From positions 3,001,696-3,065,695 of the forward strand of contig MU058540.1 in NCBI GenBank assembly GCA_013265495.1: a DNA stretch of 64,000 bases, in the 5' to 3' direction. The DNA comes from Vicugna vicugna. Lineage: Eukaryota. The position numbers and the translations under genes are program-made. Below the pieces are notes generated by a model. It did not search any database, was not told the DNA's origin, and saw nothing but the letters and a program-made list of their open reading frames with translations. The stretch's first letter is position 1. The number at the start of each line of letters is the position of its first letter. Positions 50,814 through 62,099 of this stretch are shown here, piece after piece.

Positions 50814-50873
50814 ACAAAGAATCCCAGCAGCCCCTCTTCTTTGAAAATCTTCCCAATGGAGCTCAAGACGCCA
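50814..50873 (-). CDS. MTCH1: MTCH1 exon 7
   Basis: cacag|T ... GT|gtacgt; 60 nt. Encodes (S)[19 protein letters not shown](V). A phase-2 end is required to join exon 8 in frame. Confidence 0.95.
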
Positions 50874-52373
50874 CTGTGAAGAACACAGGGATATGAGGTC
50901 ACCCGGTCACCTTAGAGAAGCCCATGCCCTGGTGTGGAGCAGAGCCCACCACCCCTGCTCCGAGCCATTCAGTCCTGGCTGGGACGGGGAAATTCTGTTG
51001 CCAGGCAGAACCCAAGTCGAGACGATCAGAACTCTTGTTTAGAGGTGAGGGGGTTCTACACAGTTCATGGAGACTGAAGAAACCCAACCACCCAAGGGCA
51101 GACCCCCAGTTCTCTACTGCTGTTTTCTGTGGGTCTGGAACACAGGAATGAACCCTCCAGCCTGGGCTGCTGCAGAGGGGATGGGCCCTTCTCCTGCCCA
51201 GCCCTACAGCTTATCTCTGACTAAACAACCTTCTGGCAGAGAAGCCTGCATGCCGGATAGAGAGAGAGGAGGAGGGGTGATGCGTGAAGAGAAGCACCCT
51301 CCCAGAGGGCACAAAAGGAACACAGGACCCTGCAGCAGAAGATGCAGCCTGGGAAAAGGCATCTGGTCCTCCCCAGCAAGGAGCTAGGCATGAGCGCCCA
51401 GGCCGCTGCAGCCTGTTAGAGATCAGAAGACAAGCTGCGGTGTCTTCGGCATAAAATGCAAAGGAGGCTCAAGAGCAAGCTCTGTGACCCGTGGCTAGCA
51501 GTGCCAAGTGGCCAGTCCTGCATGGAGGCTCTGCAAAGCCAAGGGGACTGGGGTGGCCTAGGAGAAAGACAGTGGGAGCCAGAGCTCACCCAGGGCCCAA
51601 TACCCTTTCTTCTCAGGACAGTGGTTCTGAGCCAGATCATCCCCTTCCGGTCCCGTCTACTAACCTCGAGTTTCACTCTGGGGGAGTGGGCCAATTTCCC
51701 ATTAGTGCTATTAGTGAACCCAAAATAAGGTACCAGGGCAGCCAAACTTCCTGGGACAGTGGCCCCAAGGACAGCTGCATAAAACAACTAATCCCAGAAA
51801 ATGAGCATCTGAGAATCTGTATTCCCACCATATACCTCTGGGATCTCCCTCCTGTTCTGCACTGAGCCTCAAAGGAGCAGGGAGGGCACAAGTGCCACAG
51901 GAAAGGGCTGTGTCAACACACCTAGGCTCCCACAGCACCCAGCTCAGTGCTAGGCACAGCAGGTGCTGGGTACATATGTGGTAACCAATGGAAGGGATGA
52001 GCCCCAAGGCCATGGTGTGGACGGCTGCTCAGCAGAGGATGTAACTATTAAGTGGCTTCTATGAGAGCTAGAGAAATGGTTAGGGCGTAGCCTAGAGAGT
52101 CTAGGAGGAAACCCTGCCAGAACTCCTAATCCAAGCTGACTCCAACCCCACTCACCCTGTGTGGGCCATCTAGGCTTATCCAGGTTAGCCCTGGGCAAGA
52201 GGGAGAAAATGCCTCTGCACACAGACTATGGAAGCCACTACACCCCTGCTCTGAAGCTAGCATGTCAGAGCTAGGGCAGAAAAGGGCCAGCGGCTGACCC
52301 CAGCACGGCCTGTCCCGGCAGATTCTAAATGCTGACAGGGCCACTCCTGCCAATCCTGAGAAGAATCACCCAC

Positions 52374-52425
52374 CTGTACTTGGCCTCCCGTCCCACAAAC
52401 TGGACCATGCAGCGCATTGAGATGA
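52374..52425 (-). CDS. MTCH1: MTCH1 exon 6
   Basis: ctcag|TC ... AG|gtgggt; 52 nt. Encodes (V)ISMRCMVQFVGREAKY. Confidence 0.96.
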
Positions 52426-52726
52426 CTGAGGAAAAAGAAAACACACCCAGGTGACATGGTGGCCAAAGCTCACGACTCCCCAACCAGCTGTGGGGTGCCT
52501 GGCACAGAGGCCACTGTGCAACATGGCCTGTGTCAGAGGGAATCCCCATCATGCCCCATGACCACGGCATCCCATTTCTTATGCCTGGAAGAGCCCCAGC
52601 TCCCTGTGGACAGGATTTCCGGCCAATCCCAGTAACACCGCTTCCCAGTAATTCTACCGCTGCCCATCTACAGTCCACGAGGGGTCATCCCACGGCTGAG
52701 ATGCAGTCTCCAGTGGGCCGGCTCAC

Positions 52727-52784
52727 CATGCAGGGGGTGGGCCAGCATGCGGGACACGCACTGCATCATCATCTCGTATGAAGT
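52727..52784 (-). CDS. MTCH1: MTCH1 exon 5
   Basis: tgcag|ACT ... G|gtgagc; 58 nt. Encodes [19 protein letters not shown]. Confidence 0.96.
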
Positions 52785-53130
52785 CTGCAAGAGAGCAGAG
52801 GGCAGGGACTTGGTCTGGCCTGTCTCTGGAACTGGGACTCACAGGGAGCAACAAGCACTTATGGGGGCAAAACTGGGATCCTGCAGCCCCCACGTGGGGC
52901 CAGTCTACCTCCGATGGCCCCACCTGTCACTCACACACAATTCCCTTTAGGCAGGAGTGCTGCCGGGTCCCAGGCCAGGCCCCATGGCAGCTGAGAGGCT
53001 TTCTGGGATTCCCTGCAGTCCCACCACACTCCTGTGCACACAGGAGGACCCAACTCGTGACTTCTCAATGACCTGCCCAACCTGGCAGTGAGAAATAATC
53101 AGACTCTCCTATCAAATTCCAGATACCCAC

Positions 53131-53208
53131 TTCCTTCACCACTTTCTTTAGAGAAGTCTTCATGTCATCCTTGTTGGAAACCTGCTCGATCTCATCTGGA
53201 GGGAAAAC
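53131..53208 (-). CDS. MTCH1: MTCH1 exon 4
   Basis: ctcag|GTT ... GAA|gtgggt; 78 nt. Encodes [26 protein letters not shown]. Confidence 0.96.
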
Positions 53209-53249
53209 CTGAGATGTAAAGAACAAAGGCAGATCAGCGCAAAGTACAG

Positions 53250-53377
53250 GGGGAGGGTACAGCTCAGTGGTAGAGTGCATGCCTAGCATGCATGAGGTCC
53301 TGGGTTCATGCCCTAGTACCTCCATTAAATAAATAGACGAATAAACCTAATTACCTTCCCCTCCAAAATTAATAGAA
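53250..53377 (+). mobile_element. tRNA-derived SINE (Vic-1-like) in MTCH1 intron 3, antisense to the gene
   Basis: GGGGAGGGTACAGCTCAGTGGTAGAG...GGGTTCATGCCC...AATAAACCTAATTACC. TSD GCAAAGTA(C/T)AG at 53239-53249 and 53378-53388. Confidence 0.9.
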
Positions 53378-53768
53378 GCAAAGTATAGCCACATCTCATA
53401 AACATAACTCTGAAAGGACAGAGACAGCAAGAAGCAGCTCCTACTATTTTCTTGGCAGCGTCTATTAGCTGGGCCAGCCTCGAGTAACCCTGGGGCTGGC
53501 GCTAGGGGCCAGAAAAGCCCCTGCCTGGCATCACAGTTGTGGGAAATCAAGCTGGCAGACTGTGGGGCAGGATCCTGCCCAACTGAGGAGACTTGGCGTT
53601 GGACCACCAGGGTTTGGAGCCTGGCTACAGTGCTGGGGTGGAGCCCCAACCAGTCTGGGAACCAGTCTGGGAACAGAGAAGCAGGACTGGTGTACACAGC
53701 TGCCTCCAAGCGAAGTGGGACCTCAGGGAAATCTCAGGCAACCATCCCTGGCTTCTCCCCGGGCTCAC

Positions 53769-53875
53769 CTTCTTCATGCTGCCCCGGGTCACGGTAGAGA
53801 GCGCGTTGGACATCAGCCGGGGGCTCAGGCCTCGGAACAGCCCTATCTTCCCATCTACTTGCACAATGTACTTGG
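53769..53875 (-). CDS. MTCH1: MTCH1 exon 3
   Basis: tgtag|CC ... AAG|gtgagc; 107 nt. Encodes (A)[35 protein letters not shown]. Confidence 0.96.
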
Positions 53876-55680
53876 CTACAAGAAAGCAGAGGTGGCAGCG
53901 TCACACCCAGCCCAGATGCACCCATTCCTGCGCCATATTCACACCCAGACCAGATGCAGCCTGTCCCTCAGTACATGGTACATGCTGACTTCAGTTGTGG
54001 AAGGGAGCATCATTCAGGACCCCAGAAGCAATCAGGTACCACCCTCAAATGTCTTCTTTAGCCCATTTCTTTTTGTAAAACCTTCAAACCATATTTTTCG
54101 ACAAATAAGTTGATACATTTTCTTTTTGTAGCTTTGAAAAATCTACTTGGCAAGCTTAGCTGCAGTTTTTCAACCCAGCAACTTAAGTGACACAACCTAG
54201 AAACCAATCCTGTTGCTTATAAAAAATGTTTCTCTCCAAGAAAAGAAAAAAAGGCAAACAAGTGCCCATCAACAATACTGAAGTTTGTAACTTAAGGGAA
54301 GAAAAAGGAAAAGGAAGGGCTCCTAGGAAAAAAGCTCAAGAGTGTCCCTGGAGCATGCCACGGAGAGGGCCGGTCCTACTCTGTCACTGTGCTGCACCCA
54401 GGATCCCACCTGGCTCCTACTGGCATTTATAAAACCAGTGGAGAAGCAACTAAAACAGAGGCACCAATGAACATACATAAAAAAACTTAGGCAGTCAGAG
54501 AAGCTAGATCCTACCAGTGTGAGTCAGTGTTTTCTTGTTAGGGTCTCTAAAAGGATACCTTTCTTAAACTTCTGTTTTATTCAATAACAACTTTTAAATG
54601 ATGTTCAAAATGGAGACTATTTTTATAAACCTGAATACCTGGAAGCTAGCAGAACATTCCCTCAGACAATGTGCTCCCCTCAGATCTCGCTCAGACTTTA
54701 GCTCTCCAGCACCGCACAGTGGCAGGAACCAGCAAGCGTGCCCTTCTCTCCGCAACATGTCCACGACCCCACCATTCCACGTGGCAGCTAGCACTGGCTT
54801 TCCCTGGGCGCCGGAGCACCTGGTACCTGCATGTTCGGCTTCCTGAGATGGGTGTGGGCTGGAGACACAGGGGTAAGAAGGGAGAGGATGCTGGGGCGAT
54901 GTGATAGCCTGCTGCACGGGGAGAACAGGAAGGAAGGTTTATTTGGGGGAAGGGAGCTCCAGTCAGCAAAAGGAAAAAGCTTGAGTGTGAGCTCCAGAAG
55001 GAAACTTAACCTCTTTCTATCCGATTTGCCTACTAGAAAAAAAAGGAGTAAGGACCCCTATTTCTCCATCTCAGACCAGAATTATGAACAAGGGAGAGCA
55101 GAGAAAGGTATGCAGAAATGCCCAAAGGGCCCCCTGGCTGGCCTAGGGCTCCATCATGTTTTTCTGCAGTCCCCAGAAAACTCTATGAAGTCCCCCGAGG
55201 AGAACACAGAAGAATGTCACAGCAGCTGTGGTGCTCTTCACCGTGATGGGGAGAAGTAGATCTCGTCCAGTCTCTCAGCAGTCAGACAGCTGAACCCCCT
55301 CCCCAACTCAAGAGTAGGAATTGTGTCTAGAAATGCGCATCAAGCATCTGGACTGAAACAACATTTATTTAATCAGGGTGAGGGTCACCTTGGAACTCTG
55401 CTCATTTTTGCAAGAGGCAATAAGGTGATTGTCAAGATCCCTTTACTCCGAGTCTTTTCGGAAATGACCATGTGACGTGAACAAAGATGGTCTGGGTTCC
55501 AACCTCTCTTGGACTAGAGGAAGAATAGCCACGTACAGAGGAACCACATGGAGGGGCTGGCAGCCTGCCACCCTGGCCTTACACAAATCCAGTATTCACT
55601 TTATATAGTGGCTTCATTGTCCTACCGTGGGGATGCCTTCCTGACTCTGTGATGTCCTCCTCCTCAATACTGACAATTTT

Positions 55681-55856
55681 TTTTAACATTTTTTATTGAT
55701 TTATAATCATTTTACAATGTTGTGTCAAATTCCAGTGTTCAGCACAATTTTTCAGTCATTCATGGACATATACACACTCATTGTCACATTTTTTCCTCTG
55801 TGAGCTATCATAACATTTTGTGTATATTTCCCTGTGCTATACAGTGTAATCTTGTT
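55681..55856 (-). mobile_element. Short 5'-truncated L1 3' end with perfect 17-bp TSD, in MTCH1 intron 2
   Basis: TSD TCAATACTGACAATTTT at 55664-55680 and 55857-55873. Minus strand reads AACAAGATTACACTGTATAGCACAGGG...CATTGTAAAATGATTATAAATCAATAAAAAA. Confidence 0.9.
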
Positions 55857-56963
55857 TCAATACTGACAATTTTACAATGAAACAAACACAAACAGATTTC
55901 CTAACAAAACATTTTCTGCCCGGCGCTACGCTGTACTCAACACCATAATGACAAAACTGGTGGAGAAACATGACATCAGATTCTGCCAACAGTGTGTAAA
56001 GTGGGGAAAAAAAAAAAGGTGACAGGAGTCAAGGCCCCAAGTTATTTGGCAGAAAGATTCTCAGAGAACATTCTAAACTGAACAGTTAAGAAAAGAGGTG
56101 GAGGAAGCATGAGAGGGTCACCTGGCGTGAACACAGAGAGCAGGGGGTACGTTTAGAGAAGCCCCATGGAGGTGAGGACTGGGAGGGGGACAGGGATGGC
56201 AGATCTGAAATGGCTTTGGCCAGTTAGGGGCCAGGGGGTGAGGAGCAGAGGCAGCCAGGTGGGCCTCACTGGCACAGGGCAAGCTCCACCATGGCGGGCT
56301 TCTTGGTGGAGAGACCTCTGGCAGGCAGAGCTGCAGAGGGCAGAGAGGGGGTGATTGTATGAAGGGCCTGAACATGAAGAAGTTGATGAGCGTGAGGCCA
56401 AAGCAGTTAGTAGCCTGCCTGAGCTTATGCAGCTGATCAGGGCACACCAGAAGTGAAGCTGAGACCCACTGTGCACCATTCTAGACCCAGGGGGTGGAGA
56501 TGCCAGAGCAGGTAGGCACCACTGCCTGGGGAATGCAGGGGAACAGGACGAAGGAAAAGAATCCAGGAGGCCCCAACAGGCTCCTGCTGGAGTAGCAGGA
56601 AAGCAGAAGAAATGCTAACAGGGTGGCCGGACTGCTCAAAAGGCAAAAGGAAAACCACTCCCACCCCTGCTTCCAGGCATAGCTTGGGGTGCAGGGACGA
56701 CAGGAACCACTGTCCTGGACTGCCCTCTCTCAGGCACCTGTCTGCCTCTCCTGCCACCTGGGCTGCCGGCTGGAAGCTTAGGCAGAGGAGCTGGACTGGT
56801 CAGCTGCTCCCACACCGACATCCCACTGCCTGTAATCCGTCCTCCACCCCAGCTCTGACTCTGGGTGCCCTGAGCTGCCTGACATGTTCCCCAGGGCCAG
56901 CTAGGCCTGCTCCCTGTCTGATGCTTCTTTTTAGTGGCTTTCCTGCCTGGGAAGCACACTCAC

Positions 56964-57048
56964 CGTAAGTGAAGAAGCTCGGCAGGTAGAGGACCTTCCT
57001 CCCCAGCACATTGGTCCCAATGGTGGGGGGCATCGGCTCATGACCCAC
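56964..57048 (-). CDS. MTCH1: MTCH1 exon 2
   Basis: tgaag|GTG ... G|gtgagt; 85 nt. Encodes [28 protein letters not shown]. Confidence 0.96.
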
Positions 57049-60000
57049 CTTCAGAATCAACAAATACGAAGGGAAAGTCAGATTCTACTGTTGATTCAGT
57101 CTCACTGCTTCTCACCTTTCCCAGGCCTCTAACTCTTCTCCCAAAGTCTAATGCTGTTTCTGTTGATGTTTTCCCCACCAAAACATACTCAGAATTTCAC
57201 TGGTGTCTATAACCATCAGCATCGTGTAATCTCCCAATGCACAGAAATGCCCAGTCCCAGATACCACCTTTACCACAATCCAAGTCACCCAGTCCCCAAC
57301 ACCCTTACCTCCCAATTCGGTATTTCCAGTGCAGAGAACCCCCATGTTTATGTACTTCAAAGCCCATGCTCATTGCAGAAAAAAAATCTCAGTTAATTCT
57401 CATCTTCAGGTTAAAAACTTCAGTCCAGTCTCAATTCCAAATGTGGCAACACCAAAACACATTATACCCAAATCTCAGCCCCAAACTTCAGACAGATCAC
57501 TCACCCTACACTCAAACCTTTTACTTCATCCACTGTAGATGCTGACAAATCTGTCCCGCTCACTCCCACACAGGGCAAACCGTCACCTCAAATCCCAGCT
57601 GCTCCTCAAACAATTCCTCAACTTGATCTCTTGTTGATCATCCCATATCCCTGTGACAGAATGACCCCCTCATTTCTGTACGGCTATCATGATTCTTGCT
57701 GTACAGATGCTGGTTATAATTAAGGTATCTGTTAAACTCACGGGCAGGTGAAGGACCAAGCCACCCAAACCCCCGTGAGGAGGAGAAGTCTCTCCTGAGG
57801 GGTTAGACCATTTGTTTATGTTGCTGATTAATGAGAAAACCCTCTGCTGCCAGGCAAGAGGCAAGGTGTCTAGGAGACCAGAGCCTTACTGGGGTGTGGG
57901 AAGGCCCTTCCCTGGCAGGGAGCCAGGACACCAGCTCTGTCCCTAAGAGCAAGCCAGACAAACCCACAGACCAGAGCAATTCCTATGGGATGTCGGAAAG
58001 GGTAGAAACAGCAGGGTTGGGAAGCTCTGCCTTATAAATTGAACTGGGTATGCTTCTAGTGTTCTCTGGACTCAATTTCCTTTCTTCTTCACCTTAGTAA
58101 ATTATTTCTGAAAGTTCAGGTTGGTCCTTGTGGATGGGATTCTGAGCTACATGATACACTACTGATTGTAAATTAAGAAACTTGCCCCATGATGGAGAAC
58201 TCCTTTAAAGAAAAAGAAATCTAGCCCAGGGAAAGGGATGGAAGGTTCTGGGGTTAGTTTTGTTTCGATTTTGTTCTCTTACATAAGCAGTGTTCCCTTT
58301 ACACTCTCAGCTCCAAGTCTGAGCCACTGTTCTTCTGCTGCCTTACCCAGTCTAGTCACAACTGGGGAGAACCATTGATTCCAGTTTTACCCTTAAACCT
58401 GCTGGGCCCCTTCACTCCGTATCGCCACAGCTTCCAAATCTGTAGAGTCTACCTTCTTAACTTCTACCCAGGTTATCAAAGGCATACTGACCATATCTCA
58501 CCCCTATTCCCCTTAGTCTCAAGTTTTAATTATTTGTTCCCAAGTCTACTCACCCAATTTCATCCTCAAATGTGTTAACCCAGATCTAACCACAGCCAAA
58601 GCTGTAGTTTTATACCAGATACTGGTAGAGCCAGTCCCTCAAATCTCCAAGTCCTGAAACCTAACTCTCCTGAGCCCAGATCTCAGGAACTGCATTCTTA
58701 CTCATTCAGTATAGACAACCCCAAATCTACCACTCCAATCCTGCCACTGTTATCTCTGACTCCCAAGCTATACTCATTAGGATTTCACCTTCATATATTA
58801 CATTCAGCACCAGCTGTATTCAAATCGGACAGACCACCTCAGTCACCACAACTGGGCTCACCTTTCCTTACCCACTCACTATACAGTTCTCACCCTCTGG
58901 ACTCCCTCATCCCTCAATTCCCTATTCTCTCTCATTCCTCAACTGCCTTTCCAAATGACTCTTATTTCAATTTTCTTCTCAAACCTTAAACCAAACCTAC
59001 CAAGGTCTAAATGATGAAGTCACTTCTTCACATGGAACGCCCCCTACTCCTTGTATCCAGCATCCTCCACTCTGCAGACACTCCTATTGGACACCCTGAT
59101 TGGTCACCCAATCTCATTCCATCATTCTTGCTTCTCATCTCAGGTACCACTAGTTCTAAAGCCTCAATTTCTCTCCTAAACCTGTAACATCTATTCCTGT
59201 AAATACAATCCAAATTTTAGAAGTAAAGCAGCCCTCATTCCCAAATCACAACCAAATGCCAGTCTCAACTTTCCCCCATCAGCCATTTCCACATCTCAGA
59301 CACAATTAGACTCTAGTCAGGCACCCTGGTGTCCCTGACTGAATTTCTTCATTCTTTGTCTTAGTCCTTGCCACACCCCCAAACCCACTGCTCCCATTTC
59401 TCAGGTCCCAGATTTCAATTACTCCTAATTCCCTCTCATTCCAGTTGTATCTCCCACTCCCAGTCCATTATCAGAACATAAATCTGATACCCATTTGCCT
59501 CTACTCAAATCAAATCTCAAATCTTGGTTAGGTCTCAATCTGAATTTTTATATGCCCCTCCCATCTCTCTACTGAAAATTCTAGGCTAAACCTTCAGGTA
59601 TCACTCCAGGCCTGAACCATCCCCATTTACACTGTGCTCATCTCAGCCACGCCCACCTAATTCTGCCAAATGCACTCCCTCCACCCCCCACTTCCAGCTC
59701 AATCTCTCCCTTTCTCAAGCAGCCCAAGTCATCTCTAAGGCGCTGCTGGTCCCACCAAATATGCCAAGTGCCCCTGCATGCCTCGATTCCAGAGACATCC
59801 TACTGTGGCTTGTTTCTGCCAGCCCCTACATATCCTGCCACTTTGTGTCCCAACTGTCCCTTCTGCCCAATTCCAATACGCCCATACCCTTTCACCCCAA
59901 CCCCCCCGTACATCTCCCGCCCCTAACCGTGACTTTCTCCTCCAAATGCGTCATCCTTTTGCGCCTAAAGTCCTCCATCTTGCTCCCCTCTCCAGAAAAA

Positions 60001-60699
60001 TCGCCCCCTCCTATCACCCACTGCGTCGCCCAATCTTTCCCCTCCCCAAAAGCACGTCACTTTCCCCTCCTCCCATCAAGTCTGTCGTCGCCATCAAATC
60101 CAGAGCCCCCATCTCCTGTAAACCGATAGCTCTTCTCTGCTGAATCCTTTGCCTCTGCTCTCTTCCCCCAAATTCCGTCACCAATAAATCCAATGCTCCC
60201 GTCCCCTCCTCCCTGGGGTCTAATGCCCTTCTCTTTCCTAAAATTTTGGTCCCGATCTCTCAGTCCTTTGTCCCCCCACCAAACCGCTTTAAATCCATCT
60301 CTATCAAATCCAGAACTCTTGCTCCCTTTCACCCCAAATATGTGCTCATCTTCTGAACACTTTGCCTTGGCCCCCAATCCTCCTACCCACCCATTCGCCA
60401 CAACTCTCTGCCCCTCCCCCAATTCTGTTGTTTCTTCCCTCTCCCTAAAATGCTGCCCCTTCCCTCCTAGTCCAAGAACATCGCCTCCATTCTTTCATCT
60501 CCCAAACCTGTTTCTCCATCCCATCGCTTCCCTGCACCCCAAAATCCCTTGTTCCTTCTCCCATCTCAAATTTGTCGCTGACCCCTTTGCCCCCGTCTCT
60601 TGCACTCCTAAAACCATGTCTCCTGCATCCCCTAATCCCTCATCGCTTCCCTCCTCTCCTACTCCTTCGGCCCACCGTCCCAGCCTCTCTCCCCAAATC

Positions 60700-61580
60700 C
60701 GTCGCCTCCCCCGCCCCGATCCTCCTCCAGATCCTGGCCTGTCACCTTCAACAGCCTCCACCTCCCTGTGGCGTCCCTTCCCCACACCTGGATGAGCAGC
60801 TTCACGTAGAGCAGCGGGTGACTGAGCGCTGTCACTCCTGCGCCTAGCGCCACGAAAAGAGCTTCAGTGGTCGGGGCGTTGTCCCCGGAGCCCAGGCCCC
60901 CGGACGAGCCTTCCATCCTGCGGGCCGAGGGTTGCGCCGCAGGACGAGGGTGGCGCGGATGTGCACGGTGTGCGGGCGGTGGATCACGAGCCCGAGCCTC
61001 GACCCCCGCCGCCGCTCCGCCGCGAGCTCCAGCTCCTGCTCCGGCTCCCGCCATCCCCGCGGCACCGCCGCGAGCCCAAGGCGCCACTTCCGGGTCCGAA
61101 GCCCCCATGGCGCGGGGCGGCGAGGTCACTCCCCCGTCACGTGACGGGCGGACGCCCCGCCCCCGTTGGCGTCGGGGGCGGGGCCGGGCCTCACCACTCG
61201 CGGCCGCGGGGGAGTACAGGAGTGTGGTGCTGTGGGCGGTAAGCGTCAGATGTGGCCCCCAGGCGGGGTTGGGGCCTGGCTCACCACCAGGCTGTGGGCC
61301 GGGGGTCCGCGGTCGCGGGCGAGCCGGGCTCTGGGCTCGGGAACTGTGAAGGCCGCCACAGGCCTGGGCGCCCCCCCGGGAGCCCCGGAGAGCCGCGGGG
61401 GCGGGGCTCGGCGACTCTGGGAGCGAGACGCTCCCAATATGGTCTGAGGCACTTCCAAGCCCTTTCCGCGGCTTCGGGAGTTTTCTCCGCAGTTCTGGGC
61501 CCGCCCCTTTGCGTCCCTAGTCCTGAGCTCTGCGGCCTGTGAGGCCTCCTGCTGCAGGCGAGCCTCCTCGCTCGCCAGCC
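60700..61580. promoter_or_regulatory. MTCH1: CpG island / MTCH1 promoter
   Basis: Very high GC and CpG density around exon 1. GC boxes at ~61155-61164 and ~61175-61184; E-box palindrome at 61133-61148; ETS-type CCGGAAGT (minus strand) at 61086-61093. Confidence 0.9.
60788..61108 (-). CDS. MTCH1: MTCH1 exon 1 (coding part)
   Basis: GCC ATG G; 321 nt. Encodes [25 protein letters not shown]...[14 protein letters not shown]; ends CAG|gtgtgg. The summed CDS is 1170 nt, giving 389 aa (372 aa with the short exon 8). Confidence 0.97.
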
Positions 61581-61819
61581 TTGTCTTACCCTTTTTGCCC
61601 TCCTCACCAGGGCAAATCCACCTGTCCCTCGGCGATTGTCGTCATTCTCCTTTGCAGTCGAATCTTTGCCAATCTCTCTTAGAACTCAAGGTTAGAAAAT
61701 GTGTTTTGCCCTTAAGTACTTTGGAATCTCCTTCACTAGATCTGAGGGTTTTAATCGTTCTCCAGTGTAAGCACACGCAGACATTGTGCTAGGCGCCGAT
61801 AGTCTAATCTTTAGTTAAT

Positions 61820-61945
61820 AAAAATGAGTAATAACTGGCTCTTAAATCTCATTTACTCTGTGCCAGACACTTTTTAAAGTGCTTTGCAACATGTTAACTC
61901 AAGTATGATCCTCACAACATCCCTATGAGGAAGATGTTTATTCTA
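61820..61945 (-). mobile_element. MIR SINE fragment
   Basis: tttactctgtgccagacact...aagtgctttgca...atcctcacaacatccctatgagg. Confidence 0.7.
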
Positions 61946-62099
61946 GCAAGTGCCCTATTCATGTTTGTAAACGTGTCCAGCCCCTGTAACACCTAGAGCC
62001 TGCTAGTTGTGGAGGTGCTCAAGAAAAGTTTGTTTAAATGGAAAGTAATTGAGTATCCTAGAATTGGCAGGGACACAGCAATGGGGGACCTGATCTCTT

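Noticed and set aside
53649..53674. Short tandem duplication ACCAGTCTGGGA x2 (similar small duplication at ~578-610)
   Set aside because: Ordinary slippage duplications. No array or CRISPR-like structure anywhere in the window.
59761..60795. Pro/Ser-rich ORFs of 120-200 aa in MTCH1 intron 1
   Set aside because: By-product of the C-rich, G-poor composition, which depletes stop codons. No exon structure.
60844..61607. Many overlapping ORFs in the CpG island, including the GTG-started extension of MTCH1 at 61129
   Set aside because: Stop codons are rare in very GC-rich sequence. The ATG at 61108 has a strong Kozak context and matches the known N-terminus.
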